Shown: positions 54,416 through 63,144 of the stretch, piece after piece
How positions within the stretch are numbered: the first letter of the stretch is position 1
Layout: each line of letters begins with the position of its first letter
NCBI GenBank assembly: GCA_965197425.1
Contig: CBDANC010000014.1
Coordinates: 317,662 to 381,661, forward strand
Origin: Bdellovibrionales bacterium
GTDB taxonomy: Bacteria > Bdellovibrionota > Bdellovibrionia > Bdellovibrionales > JAUICD01
Reading direction: 5' to 3'
Length of the DNA stretch: 64,000 bases
Notes under the pieces: generated by a model
The model's input: only the letters and a program-made list of their open reading frames with translations
Database searches by the model: none
What the model was told of the DNA's origin: nothing
Program-made: the position numbers and the translations under genes

Positions 54416-55747
54416 TTAATTACCTGTTGTCGGTGGCACACCACTGTTACCTTGGCCAAGAGCTTGAGAGGCCTGAGACGTAACTGTGTCACCTAAACTT
54501 TGACGAATTAAGCCCTCAAGTGTGTTGCCACCAAAACCCTCGTCATCGTCAGGATCTTCCCAAAATATTCTTTCTAAAGTAGCTTCGTCTGCACCACATC
54601 TTGCAATTTCAACCCTGCGATCCTCAGAGTAGATGTAAAAACCATTTTGATTTGCAACTTCCCTTAGGTTTTCACATATCAAAGGCGTAATGTTAAGCAA
54701 TATAGAATTCCTACTACTTAACAAGTTGCCAGATTGACTTGAAGGAGTTAAATTAGCTGCTTCTCCACCTCCTGATGGAGCAGTAGCTGTATTCATAGGC
54801 ATGATTAAGCTTCTGATAATTCCAAGCTCTAAGGATCTAGAAAGAATTCTATCTCCAAAAGCATTAGGGTTAGCAATTTCAACCAATGCCCCGTATTGAA
54901 TGTGTTTGTGACTTGGAACTCCATTTAGATCCCAAGAGTACTCTGGTATTACTTGAACCAAAGATGAAAATGGGTGGGTATCTATAACCCTAACATGCGC
55001 AAGGGGGCGTCTGGTTGTCTTAGTAAATCCAAGATACCTAGAATTAACATCACAAGGAATTCCACTAAACGAGTGCTCTATATTATATATCATAAACACA
55101 TCGCCTTCTTTTACATTTGCATAGTTGCCAACTGGAACATAGAAATGATCGATGAAAGCATCCGGTTTTTGTACAACCCTACTTCTCCACTTATCTCCAT
55201 ATTTATTATTCACATCATCAACAACCTTTCTAACTCCATCTCGTAAAGCATTTCGAATAAGATCATTAATAGGGGTGGCCCTAACATGATCCAAACATAC
55301 TCCACCAGACACAATACCTGAAGCATTATCATTTCCACAGTCTAACTCACCATCAGCTCTAACACCTATGTGAAATTGCCATTTTTTGTTTTCTTCTTTT
55401 GCCTCAGAATTTACCCTAACAGCTTCATAGTAATCTTGAGCTGTGGTAGTAAGGGCTGTACTCATAGACAACTTTGCAGAAGTAGCAATAAATCTTGCAC
55501 TAAACAAACTCAAAAAACCCCTTAGCAAATCAAATCCTAAAGCGTGGTTATTTTCGGTAAGCACCTCTAAGCTAAGCACGGTATTATGAATTCTATAGTT
55601 TGCATAAGCGTTCAAACAACTATCCATAGATGAGATATACCTAGCTCTATCAAACCTACCAAAGAGTCCGCCTGTATTTACATTTTTGCAGGCCACACTA
55701 GATACAAGAATAACTAGAGCTAAAAATGAATATTGTATTGTTCTCAT
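54416..55747 (-). CDS. hypothetical lipoprotein (paralog 2)
   Basis: Lipobox VSSVAC. Homologous to paralog 1 but with insertions (e.g. SGGGEAANLTPSSQSGN) and a longer Gly/Ser/Gln-rich C-terminus. Confidence 0.65.
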   Translation of the reverse strand: MRTIQYSFLALVILVSSVACKNVNTGGLFGRFDRARYISSMDSCLNAYANYRIHNTVLSLEVLTENNHALGFDLLRGFLSLFSARFIATSAKLSMSTALTTTAQDYYEAVRVNSEAKEENKKWQFHIGVRADGELDCGNDNASGIVSGGVCLDHVRATPINDLIRNALRDGVRKVVDDVNNKYGDKWRSRVVQKPDAFIDHFYVPVGNYANVKEGDVFMIYNIEHSFSGIPCDVNSRYLGFTKTTRRPLAHVRVIDTHPFSSLVQVIPEYSWDLNGVPSHKHIQYGALVEIANPNAFGDRILSRSLELGIIRSLIMPMNTATAPSGGGEAANLTPSSQSGNLLSSRNSILLNITPLICENLREVANQNGFYIYSEDRRVEIARCGADEATLERIFWEDPDDDEGFGGNTLEGLIRQSLGDTVTSQASQALGQGNSGVPPTTGN

Positions 55748-55891
55748 CTGTAATCCCCCATAAACCCTTTGCCCTTTTAAGTGCCTATTTAAGGCTACGG
55801 CTTAAAAGCCTTAAGGCTATGTGCTACTTGTCGGACAAAAATTTTTTAAAAATTAGATAGGTTTAGGCATTCTGTTCAAAGGTCATAGAAA

Positions 55892-55965
55892 TGGAGGTGA
55901 CGGCCGGATTCGAACCGGCGTAAGAGGTTTTGCAGACCCCGGCCTAACCACTTGGCTACGTCACC
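55892..55965 (-). tRNA. tRNA-Cys (GCA)
   Basis: The reverse complement reads GGTGACG-TA-GCCAAGTGGTTAGGC-...GGGGT-CTGCAAA-ACCTC...CCGGTTCGAATCCGG-CGTCACC-TCCA. 7-bp acceptor stem, GCA anticodon in a 7-nt loop, GGTTCGAATCC T-arm, U73 discriminator and encoded CCA. Confidence 0.9.
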
Positions 55966-56075
55966 ACTTTGAGATTTAAATTTAAGACTTAAAACACAAT
56001 ATAAACATATCTCACACCTAATGTACATTTAGCAATGGTTGATTTTTACAATTATTTGACAGGACTTTTTTCAAT

Positions 56076-56253
56076 AAAGGTGAGCTTGATGAGGCTAAAA
56101 GATGGATTGGTGAAATAAAGGACGTAGTCCAAATGAAACCAAAACATCTTTTAGCCTCATGGCTCTTTCGAAAACAGATCTCTGCAAACCCCCTGTTTTA
56201 TCGATAAATCAGAGATAGAAATAATATCATGTTTCTGCGTCTTCCTCATGGGG
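56076..56253. repeat. composite intergenic repeat (short A-type hairpin module + inverted F module)
   Basis: The hairpin is aaaggtgagcttgatgaggctaaaagatggattggtg...catcttttagcctc. 56190-56253 is the inverted counterpart of 5753-5814. Confidence 0.75.
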
Positions 56254-56292
56254 GATGCACTAGCATAAATACCAAACCTTTTGTCATAGGTG

Positions 56293-57687
56293 TTAGGTTA
56301 TCCATATCATTTCATGTGGCATTTTTCTTCTCACACTTCTCAAATAATCTCTAGGCGATATATTTAAAAAATCACTTACTCTTGGCATATAGATACATGA
56401 ATACCTAATAACCTGCCTTGCAAAAAAACTTTCCTCATTACCCATTCTCATAATTTCACCCCAATGCAAATTAAAGGCACTTTGAATATTTTGTATATTT
56501 TCTCTTATCTTGAGATCAATATTGCCAATTTGAGTTTGAAGCTCTCTAAACTCCTCTTCAGAAACACTAAGCCCTGTTTCTTTTTGCTTGGTTACTATAT
56601 CTACCATTCTTTCTTCCAACGGCTGTTTTTTTTGCATTAAGGCTTCAACCTCCGAATTCAACGGACTGGTTTTAACCAACGCATCTAATTCATGATCTAA
56701 TTCTTCCACAACCAATCCAGTTCTCCAATTGCACTCCTTTTTAAGCCTTACAATATCTCCATATATGTGATCCCCTATATACAATATGTCTTCTTCATTT
56801 AGATTCATGTTTTTAGTAAATGTTTTAGCATTTCCGCCCTGAAACACACCTTTTGTAATGACTTGTTTGTTGTTTGTCATAGTATTAGTATTTGGATCTA
56901 TGCTTAAAAAGGGAATGTCATCATAAAAAAACCTGGGCTTATCCCCTCCTGTTATAATTATATCAAACAGATCAAGCCAATGTTTATGATTAGATAAAAA
57001 AGGCAAAATGGTATAGTCCAAAAGCATCTTTGCGTACTCATAAAAAGAATTTGTAAGTAAAAACAATTTTTTTCCATGAGCTTTAAATCTCTCAAGACCC
57101 TTCACCACATCCGGATCTTGTATAATATAATTTTTGATATCGTTTTCTACTACACCTTTTATGCTCCAATCACTATGACACTCATTAGTGCAATACCTCA
57201 CATCTTCTGCAATTTCTTGATAGGCAGGCAGAGATTGAAATAAACTAGTGTCCTTTAAATCTACAAGCTGAGAAAACAAAAGAGCTATCGCAACCGAAAA
57301 CCCACTGTTTATAAAAAAGTAGTTGTCTAACCTAGAGTCTATATATATATCATGATGTTGTTTTTTTAAACCTGTATAGCTTATTTTTTTTGTCCCGTGG
57401 GCTTTTAATCTTATTTTGCCAAATTGGTTTAGCTTTAAAACATCTCCATTTTTAGAGTCCAATACTAGGCCACGAATTACATTATCAAAGTCATATTTTA
57501 AATTCATAATTTCTTCAGGATATCCTTTAAGGGAAATTAATTTTTTTAAAACATGCTTGTAGGTTAATTCTTCAAATTTTCTAGTATTATATCTTACAAG
57601 GGTATGATCCATATCAAACCCAACATATTTGATCTTTCTTAAGTTTAAAGTTCTATTAATAAAAACTCTTGATTTTGTTTGATTCAA
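56293..57687 (-). CDS. HAD-superfamily cytosolic purine 5'-nucleotidase (cN-II / NT5C2-like family)
   Basis: TTG start. VFINRTLNLRKIKYVGFDMDHTLVRY (DMDxT motif I), FLLTNS, ILYIGDHIYGDIVRLKK, WRTGLVVEEL are collinear with human NT5C2 as I recall it. Confidence 0.85.
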   Translation of the reverse strand: MNQTKSRVFINRTLNLRKIKYVGFDMDHTLVRYNTRKFEELTYKHVLKKLISLKGYPEEIMNLKYDFDNVIRGLVLDSKNGDVLKLNQFGKIRLKAHGTKKISYTGLKKQHHDIYIDSRLDNYFFINSGFSVAIALLFSQLVDLKDTSLFQSLPAYQEIAEDVRYCTNECHSDWSIKGVVENDIKNYIIQDPDVVKGLERFKAHGKKLFLLTNSFYEYAKMLLDYTILPFLSNHKHWLDLFDIIITGGDKPRFFYDDIPFLSIDPNTNTMTNNKQVITKGVFQGGNAKTFTKNMNLNEEDILYIGDHIYGDIVRLKKECNWRTGLVVEELDHELDALVKTSPLNSEVEALMQKKQPLEERMVDIVTKQKETGLSVSEEEFRELQTQIGNIDLKIRENIQNIQSAFNLHWGEIMRMGNEESFFARQVIRYSCIYMPRVSDFLNISPRDYLRSVRRKMPHEMIWIT

Positions 57688-57770
57688 AATACTTTCCTCT
57701 ACATTTCAAAAGTAATATATTATTTTAGATTATAAGGTGCAATTAAAAATAAATGGCCAAAAAACACCTT

Positions 57771-57849
57771 TGAAGCCTCATTAAGCTCACCTTTGTTAAA
57801 AAAAGGTAGGCGTAGCCTCCTTGTTTTTGGCCTCATTAGCCTCACCTTT
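57771..57849 (-). repeat. two inverted A-module 5' termini flanking a terminator-like hairpin
   Basis: gaagcctcattaagctcaccttt (57772-57794) and ggcctcattagcctcaccttt (57829-57849). The second contains the TGA stop of the 602-aa gene. Confidence 0.75.
57798..57828 (-). terminator. rho-independent terminator after the TadG-like gene
   Basis: aaaaaaa-aggtaggc-gta-gcctcctt-gttttt. An imperfect 8-9 bp stem with a T run on the minus strand. Confidence 0.55.
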
Positions 57850-59650
57850 GTATTAGATTTTTAATTTTTCCTCTAATACCTTCACCCCCCAACGGAAGGT
57901 CTCTTTCTAGGTATTTCCTAGAGATGAGTTTTGCCGAGTATCCAACTCTGCCTCCAACTGAGCAACCTCCTGGAATTTTCCCTTCACTTTTACAGTAAGC
58001 AAACATTTCACCTGCCGCATTTTGATTCTCTCCACTTGCCATAGTAGGATTCCAACTACTTAACAGATGACTCCAATCTTGTAGCACCCATGGAGCATTT
58101 GGCTTATAATCATTAATTGATGTTTTTATAGATACATAAGCATCTGGTTTTTCTAAAGACATTACACTTTGATAATTTTCTATCTCATCTGGCTCTATTG
58201 AATAGTATGTGGCATCAAACACATTGGGGACCATTGCACTTAGTTCGGATACTCCTATGGGTGCCAGATCGCTTCGTATATAGTTTTTTCTTTCATAACG
58301 AAGTCTTACTCCCTGCTCATTTTTATCAACTAAAAATGCCAATAAATTTTCTTTTGAATTTAATCCTTCACCATCTCCAGGGTACAATGAATAGTTAGGC
58401 ACTAATCTTTCATGTGAAATTTGGTTTGTTCCAATATCAGTAGCGGCAGGAGGAAGCAGTTTATCCAAAGCTTTATCAAAAGAAACATCTGATTTGTCAC
58501 TGCCACGATGCCATGTACTATACATCCAAGGGCCTATGCTTCCTCCAAATGGTTTTGCATAGCTTTCCGCTGTTAGTGCTACTGGTTTTCCTAAAGGTGC
58601 AAACACTTTTCTAGGAGTAGAAATTGCATTAACCTTAGCATATACAACATGCCACGGGTTTTTCTCATAACCTAAAGTAAATGTTTTTTCTAATATTGAA
58701 TCATCTACATTTCCATATTTTTTATAAGTTGGTAGAGTTTTAGCTTTATCACCGCTTCCATAGTGAGTGATTACTTTGGGGAATATGGTACATCCACCAC
58801 CTGGTCTATAAACTGAATCAGCATATAAAATTATTGGCACAAGATTGATCTGATTAAACATACTTTTACTGTCTTTTAGAGGGTTTACAAAAAATGGACC
58901 TTCTTTGAGGGCTGCTAGGTTAGAGCGAGTCAAGTTTCCCATTAGAGTATTTGAAACTCCGTCTTCAATTTTATTCCCCTCTAAATCTTCGCCATTTTTT
59001 AACTTTTCATGTAACTCTTCAAATTTTTTGCTTTGTTCAATAGAATAATTATGAAACTGTTCTATCCATTTGTATCCGGCAAGCCAATTAGCACTTCCCG
59101 CTAACTCACATTGTGTTTTAGATTCCGCCTGCGCTCTTTTTGAGAGCGCTAGTGCCATTTCATTTAATTTTCCTATAAAACCAAATTTGGCTATATTTGT
59201 TAAAGTGGGGAGCTCTGGCAATGTAGTATTCAAATTCTTACACAAGTTGCCAGTAAGGTCCGTTTTCACATCAGGATGTACATAATCCCAAAAAGCATGA
59301 TTGGTGCATATGCTGGGAAACTCATTTGAGTTATCATCATATACTTTTCCTTCACCTTTTTTTTGAAATGGATGAGCTAATCTTCCAGAATCTCCAATTG
59401 CTCTTACTCTGTAAGATAAGAGCTTCCAGTTTTGTTTCATCTTGTAATTTATATGTGCCATTAGGTTTAAAATTTCAGCCTGTTTAGTGGCAGCATAATA
59501 AGATGCTAAATCAACTGAGTTTTGTAAATTAATTTTGTCGTGTACTACTAGACCAATGTTTATGGTCATTGCAAAAAACACAAATAGAACCTGAAAGATT
59601 AAGACTATAAATATAGACATTTGTCCTTTTTGATAAGCTCTACTAGGCAT
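57842..59650 (-). CDS. TadG-like protein (N-terminal Flp pilus-assembly TadE/G-like domain)
   Basis: GQMSIFIVLIFQVLFVFFAMTINIGLVVHDKINLQNSVDLASYYAA matches the Tad N-terminal domain pattern (TM + ...LQnAaDaAALA). The remaining ~540 aa are unassigned. Confidence 0.65.
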   Translation of the reverse strand: MPSRAYQKGQMSIFIVLIFQVLFVFFAMTINIGLVVHDKINLQNSVDLASYYAATKQAEILNLMAHINYKMKQNWKLLSYRVRAIGDSGRLAHPFQKKGEGKVYDDNSNEFPSICTNHAFWDYVHPDVKTDLTGNLCKNLNTTLPELPTLTNIAKFGFIGKLNEMALALSKRAQAESKTQCELAGSANWLAGYKWIEQFHNYSIEQSKKFEELHEKLKNGEDLEGNKIEDGVSNTLMGNLTRSNLAALKEGPFFVNPLKDSKSMFNQINLVPIILYADSVYRPGGGCTIFPKVITHYGSGDKAKTLPTYKKYGNVDDSILEKTFTLGYEKNPWHVVYAKVNAISTPRKVFAPLGKPVALTAESYAKPFGGSIGPWMYSTWHRGSDKSDVSFDKALDKLLPPAATDIGTNQISHERLVPNYSLYPGDGEGLNSKENLLAFLVDKNEQGVRLRYERKNYIRSDLAPIGVSELSAMVPNVFDATYYSIEPDEIENYQSVMSLEKPDAYVSIKTSINDYKPNAPWVLQDWSHLLSSWNPTMASGENQNAAGEMFAYCKSEGKIPGGCSVGGRVGYSAKLISRKYLERDLPLGGEGIRGKIKNLIQR

Positions 59651-59716
59651 AACTTTTTATATCATTTTTTATAATTGATTAAAACTTATACTTTGTTAGA
59701 TTAAAATTTAATAGCT

Positions 59717-60418
59717 ATGAAATTTTCTTTCTTTATTACTAACTTTAGTATAGTTGGCACAATACTTATCACTATTATTAGCTCTAATACCAATGCAAAT
59801 ACCTTAAGGACAACCTGGTATAGAATAGAAGCTAACAAAATTCCAACAGGGTATATGGCAAAAACCCTGTCCTTTGATAAAGACAAGTTTAAGATCAAAA
59901 GCACAATCTACAACTATGAAGGACAAGACTTTAGGATACATGAAATTACTTCTTTTGCAGATAAGACACTTAAACCTCTTTCCTATGAACATGTAATAAA
60001 GAGAACAAAAGATAATAAAGATAATATTGTTATAAAAGCGGAGTTTAATAATAATATTTTATCTAAAACCAAAACTTTAGATAACCAAACTTTTTTTCGA
60101 CAAGATATTATCCCTCCAAATACCATTTTAAAAGATTTCTTATACTTGGTTTCGATAAATGATGAGATATCGAACAATCAAATCAAAACTTATAATGTTT
60201 TAGACAACAGTGTTTATAAAATGGAACCCAAGATTGATCCGGTTATTTTAGAGGAAAAAAAGATCTATAAATCACAAAATATTGTTTTGTTAAAAACATC
60301 TTTTGGCTATACTCAGATTGACAAACTAGGCAAAGTTATCTTTGAATCTAACTTTAATAGAAATATAAGCCTAGCTAGAAATATGAGGGCTCTTAGAAAT
60401 TATCTAGGGAGTTTATAA
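59717..60418 (+). CDS. hypothetical secreted protein
   Basis: Signal-like N-terminus FSIVGTILITIISSNTNA. Lys/Asn-rich. No family recognised. Confidence 0.5.
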   Translation: MKFSFFITNFSIVGTILITIISSNTNANTLRTTWYRIEANKIPTGYMAKTLSFDKDKFKIKSTIYNYEGQDFRIHEITSFADKTLKPLSYEHVIKRTKDNKDNIVIKAEFNNNILSKTKTLDNQTFFRQDIIPPNTILKDFLYLVSINDEISNNQIKTYNVLDNSVYKMEPKIDPVILEEKKIYKSQNIVLLKTSFGYTQIDKLGKVIFESNFNRNISLARNMRALRNYLGSL

Positions 60419-60443
60419 GTTTGGTCAATTTAACTATTAGTAG

Positions 60444-61370
60444 TTGGAAGTTTTGCGTTTTATATTACACAGAATTATAGCAACCATACCCGTAGTCTTT
60501 GGGGTTATTACTATAACCTTTTTTCTAATTCACCTAGTTCCGGGTGATCCTGTAGACATAATGTTGGGTGATCAAGCTAGCGTAGCCGACCGAGAAATTT
60601 TAAGATCAGAGTTGGGTTTAGATAAACCAATTTTAATGCAATACACTCTTTATCTGAAAGGCTTGCTTAAGCTTGATTTAGGCACATCACTTTTAAGCAA
60701 AAGACCCGTGTCTCATGAAATAGCAGAAAGAATTCCTGCTACGGTTGAGCTTACTATATTTGCAATGTTTTGGGCATTGTTAATAGGTATTCCTTTTGGG
60801 ATTTTAGCTTCCTTAAAACAATACTCTTGGATAGATAATGGTGTTTTAGCATTTGGCCTTTTGGGCATGTCAATTCCTAGATTTTGGTTGGGTCCCGTAC
60901 TCATTTGGATTTTTTCTATAAAGCTAGATCTATTCCCTGTAAGTGAAAGGGGTGGGTTAGCGCATATAATATTACCTTCCCTAAGCCTTGGTCTAGCCTT
61001 GGGAGCTATTTTGATTCGTATGACTAGAGCTTCAATGCTAGAGGTTGTGAAAGAACCTTACATACAAACCGCTTTATCAAAAGGGTTATCCTTCTTTTTA
61101 GTTTACTTTAAACATGCACTAAGAAATGCTGCAATTCCTATTATTACAATAGTTGGTCTCCAATTTGGAACTCTACTTACAGGTGCGGTTGTTACTGAAA
61201 CAATATTTGATTGGCCTGGTATTGGAACTTTGTTTTATCAGGGCATAACGCAGAGAAATTACCCTCTAGTACAAGGATGTGTTTTGTTAATTTCACTTAC
61301 TTATGTTTTTGTAAACTTACTCACTGATTTGGTCTATATGCTCATCAATCCAAGGACTCGTGCTATATGA
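60444..61370 (+). CDS. ABC transporter permease, DppB/OppB family
   Basis: (M)LRFILHRIIATIPVVFGVITITFFLIHLVPGDPV is the typical N-terminus. TTG start at 60444 or 60453. Confidence 0.85.
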   Translation: MEVLRFILHRIIATIPVVFGVITITFFLIHLVPGDPVDIMLGDQASVADREILRSELGLDKPILMQYTLYLKGLLKLDLGTSLLSKRPVSHEIAERIPATVELTIFAMFWALLIGIPFGILASLKQYSWIDNGVLAFGLLGMSIPRFWLGPVLIWIFSIKLDLFPVSERGGLAHIILPSLSLGLALGAILIRMTRASMLEVVKEPYIQTALSKGLSFFLVYFKHALRNAAIPIITIVGLQFGTLLTGAVVTETIFDWPGIGTLFYQGITQRNYPLVQGCVLLISLTYVFVNLLTDLVYMLINPRTRAI

Positions 61371-62170
61371 AAAGGCTATTAATTTACCTTGGCGGAGGCA
61401 TTATTTTACTAATGATATTGGTTAGTATTTTTGCCCCTTGGATAGCAATTCAAGATCCAATGGTAATGAATTTGGAAAAGCAATTCCTACCTCCATCTTT
61501 CGAACATCCTTTTGGACTTGACCAAAATGGAAGTGACGTATTTAGCCATGTTGTATATGGCACAAGAGTGAGTTTGTTTGTGGCAGTCATGGTAGTGGGC
61601 ATTAGTCTTATTATAGGGCTGGTTGCTGGGTCTATAGCAGGATTTTTTGGCGGGCTATATGATCAAATATTGATGAGAATTGTAGATACTGTATATGCAT
61701 TTCCTGGATTTTTACTTGCTATAGCTATGGTTAGTGTTATGGGGCCTTCTATTAAAAACTTGATCATTGCTATGATTGTTACTGGTTGGGCTGGATATGC
61801 CAGGTTGGTGAGAGGCGAATTTCTACATATAAAAGTAAAAGACTATGTAAGTGCTGTGAGAGCCTTAGGAGCTAAACCTGCAAGGCAAATCATTGTTCAT
61901 ATTTGGCCCAATTTGGTAGGTCCTTTAGTGGTACAAGCTTCTTTTGCAATGGCTGGCACAATAATCTCAGAATCCGCTCTTAGTTTTTTAGGCTTAGGAG
62001 CTCCTTCCTCTACTCCAACATGGGGGGCTTTGCTAAATGCAGGAAGAAAAGTGTTACTGGAAGCACCACACATAAGTATATTTTCTGGAACTGCAATTGT
62101 TCTTTTAGTATTAGGATTTAATTTTTTTGGAGATGGCTTAAGGGATATTCTTGACCCTAAAAAATATTAG
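61367..62170 (+). CDS. ABC transporter permease, DppC/OppC family
   Basis: 4-nt overlap with the preceding permease. FGLDQNGSDVFSHVVYGTRVSL and the EAA-type loop region are typical. Confidence 0.85.
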   Translation: MKRLLIYLGGGIILLMILVSIFAPWIAIQDPMVMNLEKQFLPPSFEHPFGLDQNGSDVFSHVVYGTRVSLFVAVMVVGISLIIGLVAGSIAGFFGGLYDQILMRIVDTVYAFPGFLLAIAMVSVMGPSIKNLIIAMIVTGWAGYARLVRGEFLHIKVKDYVSAVRALGAKPARQIIVHIWPNLVGPLVVQASFAMAGTIISESALSFLGLGAPSSTPTWGALLNAGRKVLLEAPHISIFSGTAIVLLVLGFNFFGDGLRDILDPKKY

Positions 62171-62184
62171 CCATATAAAAAGCT

Positions 62185-63144
62185 ATCGATTCACTTGGAC
62201 AAATATTTATAGTTGGTCTAGAAGGGCATTCTCTTTTAGATGAAGAAGCCAACTTTATATCCACAAACAACATAGGTGGAGTAATTTTATTTGACAGAAA
62301 CATTTCTTCAAAAACGGAGCTTTCAGATCTTATAGCAAGTATAAAAAAATTATCCCCTAGTATTCTTATAGCTGTTGACAATGAAGGAGGTAGAGTTCAG
62401 AGGTTAAAAGCTCCTTTGTTTAAAACCCTTCCTGCTATGAAATATTTTGGAGACTGTGACATACAACACAGTTCTTATCAAATAAAAGAATTTGTACAAA
62501 CTATGAGTGATGATTTAAGAAGTGTAGGATTTAATTTAAATTTTGCACCATGCTTAGATGTGCTTACTAATAACAAAAATGAAGTTATTGGCGATAGATC
62601 ATTTGGATGCAATAAAGAAGTGGTATCTAAATTAGGAAGGGCTTTCATACTGGAGTTTTTAAAACAAAAAATTATCCCTTGTGCAAAGCATTTTCCAGGA
62701 CATGGTTCCACAGAAGTGGACTCGCATGAAAGTTTACCCGTTGTTAAAAAATCATTTGAGGATTTAAATTCATTAGATTTTGTACCATTTAAGAATGTTA
62801 TAGATATTGTGCCTATGGTTATGACAGCACATATTGTGTATAGCGCAATAGATCATTTACCTGCAACTTTGAGCAAAAAGACAATTGCAATTTTGAGGTC
62901 GTGGGGATATGACAAAGTTGTAATAAGTGATGATCTAGAGATGGGAGCTCTAAATTTTGATGCATCTGAAATTCCCATACAAGCAGTAAATGCAGGGTGT
63001 GATATGTTGTTATATTGTAACAAACTCTCTTCCGCTAAAGCAGGGTTTGAGTCAGTAGAACACGCTTTGAGGGCTAACAAAATACAAAAACATACAATAC
63101 AAAAAAGCTTGGATAGAATAAGTTTATTAAAAAAGGAGTTATAG
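62185..63144 (+). CDS. nagZ: beta-N-acetylhexosaminidase NagZ (5' end lacks a canonical start codon)
   Basis: LGQIFIVGLEG, IGGVILFDRN, IAVDNEGGRVQR, AKHFPGHGSTEVDSH and ISDDLEMGA are NagZ/GH3 motifs. The frame is open from 62179, but the first ATG/GTG/TTG is TTG 62416 (the ORF-track start). 62185 (ATC) is a placeholder. Confidence 0.75.
   Translation: MDSLGQIFIVGLEGHSLLDEEANFISTNNIGGVILFDRNISSKTELSDLIASIKKLSPSILIAVDNEGGRVQRLKAPLFKTLPAMKYFGDCDIQHSSYQIKEFVQTMSDDLRSVGFNLNFAPCLDVLTNNKNEVIGDRSFGCNKEVVSKLGRAFILEFLKQKIIPCAKHFPGHGSTEVDSHESLPVVKKSFEDLNSLDFVPFKNVIDIVPMVMTAHIVYSAIDHLPATLSKKTIAILRSWGYDKVVISDDLEMGALNFDASEIPIQAVNAGCDMLLYCNKLSSAKAGFESVEHALRANKIQKHTIQKSLDRISLLKKEL

Noticed and set aside
62157-62381. 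A 74-aa minus-strand ORF between the DppC-like gene and nagZ.
   Set aside because: It is antisense to a frame that encodes clearly conserved NagZ N-terminal motifs, so the plus-strand reading is the real one.
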